A stretch of 64,000 nucleotides of DNA from Gemmatimonadaceae bacterium (GTDB taxonomy: Bacteria > Gemmatimonadota > Gemmatimonadetes > Gemmatimonadales > Gemmatimonadaceae): assembly GCA_051859245.1 (NCBI GenBank), contig JBHYGA010000001.1, positions 1,533,722 to 1,597,721 of the forward strand. The letters run 5' to 3'. The translations under genes were made by a program, and so were the position numbers. Within the stretch, counting starts at the first letter, position 1. The number at the start of each line of letters is the position of its first letter. Below are positions 11,289-19,331 of the stretch, one piece after another. Below the pieces are notes generated by a model that saw only the letters and a program-made list of their open reading frames with translations, did no database searches and was not told the DNA's origin.

Positions 11289-11385
11289 AGGAGGCAGAAC
11301 GAGCCGTGCGCCAGGTGTCCGGCATCACGGGGGCAACCGGCTAGATTAGCCCGATCGTCCAAGCCCGTCAACGCGACGGGTACGC

Positions 11386-13215
11386 GTGCTGATAGCGTCC
11401 TGCCTCCCCAAGGGTTCCGTGTCCGAGTCTCCTCGCTCCATTCCGTCCGTGCCGTGGCAGACCACGGGCAACCATTGGCTGTCGCTCCCGTGCATTCACC
11501 CGGCCAATGGTGCGATCTACGCCCTTGGCGTGTTGCACCGCGGTGCACGCGCTGCTGTGGAGTTCGCCGGTAGCCGAGGTTTTGTGGAAGGTGAAGGCGA
11601 GCCGCTGCTCAAACCCGTGATACGTGTTGACGGTGAGGTGAGAGAACTGGCCAGCGAGGGCATCGCCTGGGAACGCGCCGTTGGCTGGCTTCCGACCTTC
11701 ACCTGTACGCTTGGCTCGCTGTTGCTGCGCGGCACCGTGTTTGCGCCGTACGGTCGCGATGCCGACATGGCGGGCGCCGTGTACGCGATCACGATCGAGA
11801 ATCGTGGTTCGAATACGCACCGCGTGGAGCTCGCACTCGAAGGGGTGCTCGGTCACCGACAGCAGCGCGTGCGCACACCGCGCGACTTTGACGACGCACA
11901 TCGTGTAGTCCTCGGGCACAACGATACGATCATCCTCGAAGGCGCGGCCGTACCGGGCATGGTGGCGGTTGCGATTGGTGCCGACGGTGAAGCGGTGCGC
12001 GAGATTGGCGACGAGGTGAATGGTCGTATTGCATTTGCGGTGCGTCGCACGCTCACCGTGGAAGCGGGACAGTCCGTGCCGTGCGCGTTTTATCTTGCCG
12101 TCGGTCCGGAGCGTGATGGTGCGTGCGCAACGGTCGGTGTGCTGCGACGCCGTGGCTGGCGCACGTTGCTCGGTGCGACACGCGAAGCCTTGCAGCAGTT
12201 GGAGCAGACCACGGGCCAGGACGCCATTGACCGGCTTGTGAATCGCAACCTGCTGTTCAGCTATTTCTACGGCGTCGGGCGCGGACTCGACGACGCGCAC
12301 TATTACCTCGTGCGCACGCGAGCACCATGGCACAGTCTCGGCGCTACGGTACGTGACTGGGAAGCGCTGATGTGGACGTTGAGCGCTGTCCAACTGGCCG
12401 ATCACGCGCTTGCACGCGAGCTGCTGGTGCGCACCTGTGAACTGCATGGGTACGCGCCGGGGCAGGGTGTGCACTATCTCGATGGCACGCTGTTCGAGCC
12501 TGGGTTTGCGATTGAAGGCGCGGCGGCGTATCCCATTGCAGTTGACCGCTACATTCGGGCGTCCGACGATGATCAAATTGTCGAAGAGCCGGTAGTTGCT
12601 GACACGCTGTATGTCGCGAACGATGATCTGGTTGCACGTCGCGATGAGCGCCTGCCGCTGTACTCCACTGAAGTGAGTCCCAGTGGACAACCCGTGCGGT
12701 TTCCGTTCACGCTGCACGGCAACGCCGTGGTTGCCGCCGCGCTTGATGTGCTGCGGCGCACACTCGATGAAGAGGCCGCGCGCGACGTAGAAGACCCCGC
12801 GGCTGTGCGTGCGGCCATGCAGCGCCACTTCGCGCAGGATCGTGGTGGAAAAGCGCATCTCGCGGCGGCGATCGATCTCGCCGGTGGTGCGGACCAGGTG
12901 GATGATCCGGCTGCGTCCGTGCTGTGGTTGCCGCTGTATGACGCACTTGATCGAGATGACTCGTTGTTCCGCCGGTCGGTGCGCGCGGTTGCGCCGGATG
13001 ATGGCGGGCTCTTGCGTCAGATCGCGCGCTTGCTCGGCCCCGATGGAAACGCGGTGCTCCAATGGCTGCGTCGTGCACCGCTCGATCAGGGGATCGCCGC
13101 GTCGGTGGTGGATAGTGATGGACGCGGCGTGGCCGATGGCGGAGATGCGGCGCTGGCCGGCTTGCTCGCGTCAACGGTGTGGTACGCGTCGCACGCACTC
13201 GGCTTGCACGAATAA
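11386..13215 (+). CDS. Six-hairpin glycosidase-like protein (GH125/DUF1237-like)
   Basis: Beta-rich N-terminal half plus helical C-terminal half with VRD, YLDG.LFEPGF and Y.T..SP motifs resembling GH125-like proteins. Start may be GTG 11419. Confidence 0.6.
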   Translation: MLIASCLPKGSVSESPRSIPSVPWQTTGNHWLSLPCIHPANGAIYALGVLHRGARAAVEFAGSRGFVEGEGEPLLKPVIRVDGEVRELASEGIAWERAVGWLPTFTCTLGSLLLRGTVFAPYGRDADMAGAVYAITIENRGSNTHRVELALEGVLGHRQQRVRTPRDFDDAHRVVLGHNDTIILEGAAVPGMVAVAIGADGEAVREIGDEVNGRIAFAVRRTLTVEAGQSVPCAFYLAVGPERDGACATVGVLRRRGWRTLLGATREALQQLEQTTGQDAIDRLVNRNLLFSYFYGVGRGLDDAHYYLVRTRAPWHSLGATVRDWEALMWTLSAVQLADHALARELLVRTCELHGYAPGQGVHYLDGTLFEPGFAIEGAAAYPIAVDRYIRASDDDQIVEEPVVADTLYVANDDLVARRDERLPLYSTEVSPSGQPVRFPFTLHGNAVVAAALDVLRRTLDEEAARDVEDPAAVRAAMQRHFAQDRGGKAHLAAAIDLAGGADQVDDPAASVLWLPLYDALDRDDSLFRRSVRAVAPDDGGLLRQIARLLGPDGNAVLQWLRRAPLDQGIAASVVDSDGRGVADGGDAALAGLLASTVWYASHALGLHE

Positions 13216-13285
13216 TCACAATCACCTGACAGAAGCGCGGTCGGCGCTTGTAACCGAGCGCTGGCCGGGTTTAAGTTGGGAGCAC

Positions 13286-13358
13286 GCGGGAATAGCTCAG
13301 TTGGTAGAGCACAACCTTGCCAAGGTTGGGGTCGCGGGTTCGAGTCCCGTTTCCCGCT
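13286..13358 (+). tRNA. tRNA-Gly (GCC)
   Basis: GCGGGAA/TTCCCGC acceptor stem, D arm AGCTCAGTTGGTAGAGC, anticodon loop TT-GCC-AA, T loop GGTTCGAGTCC. CCA not encoded. Confidence 0.97.
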
Positions 13359-13382
13359 CTGTATGTTGTTTGTAGTTTCGGG

Positions 13383-13410
13383 AAGGGGAGCGGTGCATCA
13401 CCGCTCCTTT
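13383..13410 (+). other. Hairpin in the tRNA spacer (processing or partial termination)
   Basis: AAGGGGAGCGGTG ... CACCGCTCCTTT inverted repeat followed by a T-rich tract. Confidence 0.5.
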
Positions 13411-13423
13411 CGCGTTTTCGGTG

Positions 13424-13507
13424 GCCCGGATGGCGAAACCGGTAGACGCGGGGGCCTTAAAAGCCCCTGTCCGCAAGGACATGCGGGTTCGAGTCCCGCT
13501 TCGGGCA
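13424..13507 (+). tRNA. tRNA-Leu (TAA)
   Basis: GCCCGGA/TTCGGGC acceptor stem, GGGGC-CT-TAA-AA-GCCCC anticodon arm, long variable arm GTCCGCAAGGAC, T loop GGTTCGAGTCC. Confidence 0.96.
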
Positions 13508-13531
13508 CTCATCACCACGTAGGAGACCGGC

Positions 13532-13753
13532 TTGCGTACCGTTCGTGACTCTCAGGGCATCAACTGGATTTGTCTCGAGCTGCCGGAGGTCCCCGCCGAT
13601 TTTGTGGCGGCCGCGACCACGATTCAACCCCCGCCCGTTGCCGTCGAATGCAACTCCGGCGCCGATCGAGCCATTGTGTTGCTGGCAGAGGATTGGGCGG
13701 ACGCGTTATCCGATGACGGACTTGTTGAACATATCGCACGCGCATTGCGCTGA
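13532..13753 (+). CDS. Small hypothetical protein (73 aa)
   Basis: AGGAG RBS at 13521-13525 before a TTG start; protein-like composition; fills the gap between tRNA-Leu and pcs. Confidence 0.65.
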   Translation: MRTVRDSQGINWICLELPEVPADFVAAATTIQPPPVAVECNSGADRAIVLLAEDWADALSDDGLVEHIARALR

Positions 13754-13844
13754 TCCAGCGTTGTTACGGCATTGATCTTGCGCTGCTCCTCACTGAGCCA
13801 CAACGTGGCTCAGGTGCGCGTTCACGTCATGGCAAGGGGATGGG

Positions 13845-16800
13845 GTGGCTGCTTCTGGGGAGACGATTGGGCTCGCGGCGGTAACTCCGCCTGAGCCTCT
13901 GCGCAACGCGTTGCGCACACGGGAAGACTGGGAGGCCGCACGTGCGGCGTGCGAGGCCGATCCCGGTCGCTATCATGGCGACATTGCAGCACACACGCTG
14001 CATTGGTTCGACGCCTCCCTGGGCGAACATGGTGCGTGGATCACACACGATGAACACACCGGCGTGTGGTCTGGCTGGGACGCTCACACCTTGCAGCCTG
14101 TCGCTCCGTCGCGAGACGCGGCGTGGCGACCGTGGACGCGCGCGTTGAACGACGATGACGCGCCGTGGTACCGCTGGTTCGAAGGCGCGCTCACGAACGC
14201 GGGCTTCAACGAGGTTGATCGCCACGTACTCGCCGGCCATGGTGAAGAGCCTGCCTTTCTCGTCGAAGGCGATCGCTGGGATCAGTCACGCGACAACGGA
14301 CGCGGCGCACCTGTGGTGTCGTATCCCATCTCGCGCAAGGGACTGCTCGTCGATGTCGCGAAAGCAGCGCTCGCGTTGCGCGCACTTGGTTTGAAGACGG
14401 GCGATCGCATCGCGCTCAACCTGCCCAACATTCCGCAGCAGATTGCGTGGACTGAAGCAGCAAAGCGACTCGGCATTCTGTATACGCCCGTCTTCGGTGG
14501 CTTCTCGGACAAAACGCTCGCCGACCGCATTCATGACGCGGGCGCGCGCGTTGTGATTACCGCCGATGGCGGATGGCGCAACGCGCAGATCATTCCATTC
14601 AAGGCGGCCTACACCGATCCCGCGCTCGATCAGTACATCGCGGCGGATCGTGCCGTGCACGTCGTGCGTGACGCGCTCGGCGCGCTCTCACTTGACGCCG
14701 CGCAGGTTGAACTGATTGCGCGCAGTGCGGCCGAGGCCGTGGCTGGCGAAATTACCGTGGAACGGCGTGATGCAATGCGCGGTGTGGGTCGCGCGTTGCT
14801 CTCGCTCACGGAGTCTGGCGCGCTCAACGCGTCTGATGCGAGCCGAGTGCGCACGGCGGTCGCGCGGGCACTGGTCGACGCCGGTTCGGCGGTTGAGCGC
14901 GTCGTGGTGGTGAAGTACACCGCGCAAGCCGATGTGCCGTGGCGTGCGGGGCGTGATGTGTGGGAAGACGAACTGCTCGCGCCCGCCAGCGCCGCGTTGC
15001 TTGAGGCGGCGCGCGCGCTCGGACATCGCGTGTCCACCGAAGCGGAACTGCGTGAACTGTCCGACACCGATCTGGTTCGTGTGGTGTGGTCGGTGGTGCC
15101 TCCGGTTCCGGTGGACAGCGAGTTCCCGCTGTTCTTCATCTACACGTCAGGCTCTACTGGCAAGCCCAAGGGTGTCGTGCACGTGCACGGTGGATGGACC
15201 GCCGGTATTGCACACACCATGCGCATCGCGTTTGATGCACAGCCCGGCGATGTGATGTATGTGGTGGCAGATCCGGGATGGATTACCGGACAGAGCTACA
15301 TGATTTCGGCCGCACTGACCACGCGCACCACGAGCGTGCTCGCGGAAGGCGCGCCGGTGTTTCCGTCGGCCGGCCGGTTTGCATCGATCATTGAACGGTA
15401 CAACGTGCGCATCTTCAAGGCGGGTGTCACGTTCCTCAAGAGCGTGATGCAGGATCCGCAAAACGCCGAAGATGTGCAGCGCTATGATGTCTCGTCATTG
15501 CGTGTCGCCACGTTCTGCGCCGAACCCACATCGCCAACGGTGCAAGAGTTTGGCATGTCGCTGCTCACGCCCTGGTACATCAACTCGTACTGGGCCACGG
15601 AACATGGCGGCATTGTGTGGACGCACTTTTTTGGCAACGGCGATTTTCCGCTGCGTGCCGACGCACACACGTATCCGCTGCCGTGGGTGATGGGTGATGT
15701 GTGGCTGGCCGACGGCGTGCCAGATGCAGATGGTCGCTTCGCGCCGCGTGTGGCTGATGAAGGCGAGAAGGGCGAAGTCGTGATCACGGCGCCGTACCCG
15801 TATCTCGCGCGCACCATCTGGGGCGACGTTGGGTCGTTCACGGTGGACGGCCACTCGGTATCTTCCAGTTGGCGCGGTGACATTGATCGGTATCGCGCCA
15901 CATACTGGAGCCGGTGGCAGGGCCGCTGGGCGTACACACAAGGTGATTTCGCGGTGCGCTATCCCGACGGCGGGTTCTCACTGCACGGACGAAGTGATGA
16001 CGTGATTAATGTGTCCGGTCATCGCATGGGCACAGAGGAGATTGAAGGCGCCATTCTGCGCGACAAACAACTCAACGCCGATTCGCCAATCGGCAATGTG
16101 ATTGTTGTTGGCGCGCCGCATCGCGAGAAAGGCCTTACACCGCTCGCGTTCGTCACGATCGCCCCGGGGCGTCGACTCACGGCGGATGATCGTCGCCGCC
16201 TCATCGAACTTGTGCGTCAGGAAAAGGGCGCTGTAGCGGTGCCCGAAGATTTCCTTGAAGTGTCCGCGTTCCCGGAAACGCGCAGCGGCAAGTATGTGCG
16301 CCGACTGCTTCGCGCGCTCGTGGAGGATCAGCCACAGGGTGACCTGAGCACGCTGCGCAATCCGGAGTGTGTGCCCGCGCTGCAACGCGTGATTGGTGAA
16401 TGGAAAGCGCGTCAGCGTGTTCGCGAGTCGCAGCGCATTCTTGAACACGGTCGCTACTTCCGTGTGCAGTACCACACGGTGGCGCAGGTACATGGCGAGT
16501 CCGTTCGTATGGCGCTTGTGACGGTCACGAATGCACCTGTGAACGCGCTGAACGAACGCGCGCTGGATGAGCTGGTCACTGTGGTTGAACATTTGTCGCG
16601 TCGCAAAGACGTGGCCGCCGTTGTTTTCACCGGCGAAGGCACATCGTCTTTTGTGGCTGGCGCTGACATTCGTCAGCTGCTCGAAGATGTGCACACCGTT
16701 GAGGAAGCGGTCACGCTGCCAAACGTGGCCCATCTCGCGTTCCGCACGATTGAGCGCATGAACAAGCCGTGCATTGCCGCGATCAATGGTGTGGCGCTCG

Positions 16801-19331
16801 GTGGCGGTATGGAGTTCGCCCTCGCGTGTCATGTTCGGATCGCGGAACAGAAAGCACTGTTCGGACAGCCGGAGATTCGTTTGAATCTGCTGCCTGGTTA
16901 CGGCGGCACGCAGCGACTCACACGGTTACTCGCTGATCGTGATGGAATGGAAGGCGTTGTCCAGGCAGTGGAGATGCTCGTGGGCGGGCGCACCATCACC
17001 GCGCGCGAGGCCGCAGACATTGGTGTCGTCGACGAAGTGGTTACCGATGCGCAGGATGTCGTGGCGCATGCATCGGCCCTCGTGCGTGACTACATCGCCG
17101 ACCGCGAACAGAGCAAACTTGGCAAGGCATTTCGCCACGTACGCGAACGACGCGAAGCGTGGGAGAAGCCTGGCGCGCTTGATGTGCGCCAGGCGTTCGC
17201 GTTGCCACCTGTGGTGCGGTTGCTGGAGCAAGCCGAACGTGTCGGTCGCGCTGCGCATGTTGCGCGCGTGCTTGATGCCGTCGAAACGGGATGGCGTGAA
17301 GGGCTGGTCTCCGGCCTCGCACATGAAGCGAAGCTGTTTGCATCCGCGGTGGTCGATCCTGAAGCAGGCAAGGCAGGCATTCGCGCGTTCTTCGATCGCG
17401 CCAGTGCGCCGCTCCCCGTGCGACGCGGTGCGATTGTTGATGCGGCCCAGGAAGCCGAACTCGCCGCCCGAGGGGACTTGTTACCGGTTGGTGCCCCGTT
17501 CTTCCCGGGGCTCACCGCCATTCCCACCTGGCAGTACGGTCTTGGTGTCATCAAAGACCCGCACACTGGCGCACCGCGACATGGTGAGCCGGCCCAGGTT
17601 GAACAGCAGGTGGTTGTGCCGGTAGAAACACCGGGTCCGAATGACGTGCTGCTCTACGTCCTCGCGTCTGAAGTGAACTTCAACGACATCTGGGCGATTA
17701 CGGGCATTCCCGTGTCGCCGTTTGATTCCCACGATCGTGATGTACAAGTCACCGGTTCCGGCGGCGTTGGACTGGTGGCATCAATCGGCGACGCGGTGAA
17801 AGCCGAAGGACGCGTGCGTGTTGGCGATCTTGTCACGATCTACTCGGGGCAGAGCAGTTTGCTGTCACCGCTCGCCGGTCGTGATCCAATGTCGGCTGAC
17901 TTCCGCATTCAGGGCTACGAAACGTTTGAAGGCAGTCACCAACAGTTTCTGTTGGTGCAGGCGCCGCAGTGTCATCCGCTGCCGCCCGATGTCACGTTGG
18001 AAGCAGCCGGTTCGTACATCTTGAATCTCGGCACCATCATTCGTGCGCTGTTTACCACGCTGCAAATCACTGGCGGCCGCACGATGTTCGTCGAAGGTGC
18101 GGCCACGGGCACCGGGCTTGAAGCGCTCAAGACCGCCGTCGCGCATGGTCTGAAGGTCACCGGACTCGTCTCGAGCGAAGACCGTGCACACACCGTGAAG
18201 TCCTTCGGTGCAACGGGCGCGATCAACCGCCGAAGCGCAGGCATTTCGGACTGCTTCACGATGGTACCCGGCGACGCCGCGTCGATCGCCAGGTGGGAAG
18301 CCGCCGGACAACCGTTGCTCGAAGCGTTCCGCGCGCAACACGATGGAAAGCTCGCAGACTACGTTGTCTCGCACGCCGGTGAACAGTCGTTTCCGCGCAG
18401 CGTGCAACTGCTGGCCGACGGCGGCTCCCTTGCCTTCTACGGAGCGTCTACCGGCTACCATTTCACCTTTGCGGGCAAGCCAGGCGCAGTGAGTGTGAAC
18501 ACGATGTACGAACGCGCTGGCCTTGTGGCCGGTGAAGCCGTGCTCGTGTACTACGGACCTGGGCTCGCCGCTGACGCATTGGTCGACGCCATCGGCATTG
18601 AAGCCATTGAGGCTGCGGCCGCACGACGCGCACGCATTGCGGTAGTGTGTTACACCGACGCGCAACGCGAGTTTGTGCGTTCGCTTGGCTTTGGCGATCA
18701 ACTCGCTGGCGTCGTCGCGCTTGATGAACTGCGCCGCCGCGCGAGTATGGAGTTCGATTGGCCGAGTACGATGCCGCCGCTGCCAGATGTTCGACGCGAC
18801 TCCATCGCATTCAAGGAAGCAGTGCGCGCATTTCAGGAGCGCACGATCAAGCCGCTTGGCCAGGCCGTGGGCAAACTGCTGCGTTCCTCCGACAATCCGC
18901 GTGGTGCGCCCGACCTGATCTTCGAACGTGCGGCACACGATGCCCTCGCCGCGTCCACCGCATTGGTGCAACCGTTCAGTGGCCGCATTGTGTACGCAGA
19001 AGACATGCACCACAAGCGATACAGTTTTTACGCCCCACAAGTCTGGATGCGTCAGCGACGCATTCTGCTCCCCACGTGCAGCATTCTCGGCACTCATCTC
19101 TGCAACGCCTACGAGGTTGTCCGCATGAATCAGATGCTCGCCGCAGGTCAACTCGACGTTACGGCACCGACGGTAGTGCCGTGGAATGACTTGCCGGAAG
19201 CGCATCAGGCCATGTGGGAGAATCGCCACACGGGTGCGACATACGTGGTGAATCACGCGTTGCCCGCGACCGGACTACGATCGCGCGATGAACTGTACGA
19301 GGCGTGGGCCTCAGGGAGCGCCAACGTATGA
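13845..19331 (+). CDS. pcs: Trifunctional propionyl-CoA synthase (3-hydroxypropionyl-CoA synthetase / dehydratase / acrylyl-CoA reductase)
   Basis: 1828 aa in three domains: acyl-CoA synthetase (YTSGSTGKPKG, YWATEHGG, GRSDDVINVSGHR, PETRSGK), crotonase (AGADI, GGGMEFALAC, QPEIRL) and MDR enoyl-CoA reductase (SEVNFNDIWA, GYET, GAATGTG, GTHLCNAYE). Size and domain order match Chloroflexus/Erythrobacter Pcs. Confidence 0.93.
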   Translation: MAASGETIGLAAVTPPEPLRNALRTREDWEAARAACEADPGRYHGDIAAHTLHWFDASLGEHGAWITHDEHTGVWSGWDAHTLQPVAPSRDAAWRPWTRALNDDDAPWYRWFEGALTNAGFNEVDRHVLAGHGEEPAFLVEGDRWDQSRDNGRGAPVVSYPISRKGLLVDVAKAALALRALGLKTGDRIALNLPNIPQQIAWTEAAKRLGILYTPVFGGFSDKTLADRIHDAGARVVITADGGWRNAQIIPFKAAYTDPALDQYIAADRAVHVVRDALGALSLDAAQVELIARSAAEAVAGEITVERRDAMRGVGRALLSLTESGALNASDASRVRTAVARALVDAGSAVERVVVVKYTAQADVPWRAGRDVWEDELLAPASAALLEAARALGHRVSTEAELRELSDTDLVRVVWSVVPPVPVDSEFPLFFIYTSGSTGKPKGVVHVHGGWTAGIAHTMRIAFDAQPGDVMYVVADPGWITGQSYMISAALTTRTTSVLAEGAPVFPSAGRFASIIERYNVRIFKAGVTFLKSVMQDPQNAEDVQRYDVSSLRVATFCAEPTSPTVQEFGMSLLTPWYINSYWATEHGGIVWTHFFGNGDFPLRADAHTYPLPWVMGDVWLADGVPDADGRFAPRVADEGEKGEVVITAPYPYLARTIWGDVGSFTVDGHSVSSSWRGDIDRYRATYWSRWQGRWAYTQGDFAVRYPDGGFSLHGRSDDVINVSGHRMGTEEIEGAILRDKQLNADSPIGNVIVVGAPHREKGLTPLAFVTIAPGRRLTADDRRRLIELVRQEKGAVAVPEDFLEVSAFPETRSGKYVRRLLRALVEDQPQGDLSTLRNPECVPALQRVIGEWKARQRVRESQRILEHGRYFRVQYHTVAQVHGESVRMALVTVTNAPVNALNERALDELVTVVEHLSRRKDVAAVVFTGEGTSSFVAGADIRQLLEDVHTVEEAVTLPNVAHLAFRTIERMNKPCIAAINGVALGGGMEFALACHVRIAEQKALFGQPEIRLNLLPGYGGTQRLTRLLADRDGMEGVVQAVEMLVGGRTITAREAADIGVVDEVVTDAQDVVAHASALVRDYIADREQSKLGKAFRHVRERREAWEKPGALDVRQAFALPPVVRLLEQAERVGRAAHVARVLDAVETGWREGLVSGLAHEAKLFASAVVDPEAGKAGIRAFFDRASAPLPVRRGAIVDAAQEAELAARGDLLPVGAPFFPGLTAIPTWQYGLGVIKDPHTGAPRHGEPAQVEQQVVVPVETPGPNDVLLYVLASEVNFNDIWAITGIPVSPFDSHDRDVQVTGSGGVGLVASIGDAVKAEGRVRVGDLVTIYSGQSSLLSPLAGRDPMSADFRIQGYETFEGSHQQFLLVQAPQCHPLPPDVTLEAAGSYILNLGTIIRALFTTLQITGGRTMFVEGAATGTGLEALKTAVAHGLKVTGLVSSEDRAHTVKSFGATGAINRRSAGISDCFTMVPGDAASIARWEAAGQPLLEAFRAQHDGKLADYVVSHAGEQSFPRSVQLLADGGSLAFYGASTGYHFTFAGKPGAVSVNTMYERAGLVAGEAVLVYYGPGLAADALVDAIGIEAIEAAAARRARIAVVCYTDAQREFVRSLGFGDQLAGVVALDELRRRASMEFDWPSTMPPLPDVRRDSIAFKEAVRAFQERTIKPLGQAVGKLLRSSDNPRGAPDLIFERAAHDALAASTALVQPFSGRIVYAEDMHHKRYSFYAPQVWMRQRRILLPTCSILGTHLCNAYEVVRMNQMLAAGQLDVTAPTVVPWNDLPEAHQAMWENRHTGATYVVNHALPATGLRSRDELYEAWASGSANV

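Noticed and set aside
13424..13507. tRNA-Leu(TAA) as a bldA-like regulatory tRNA
   Set aside because: In-frame TTA codons occur in housekeeping genes here (rny, folD, ispA, nadK), so TTA is not confined to a regulon.
13276..13548. ORFs overlapping the tRNA genes
   Set aside because: Spurious translations of tRNA-Gly and tRNA-Leu sequence.
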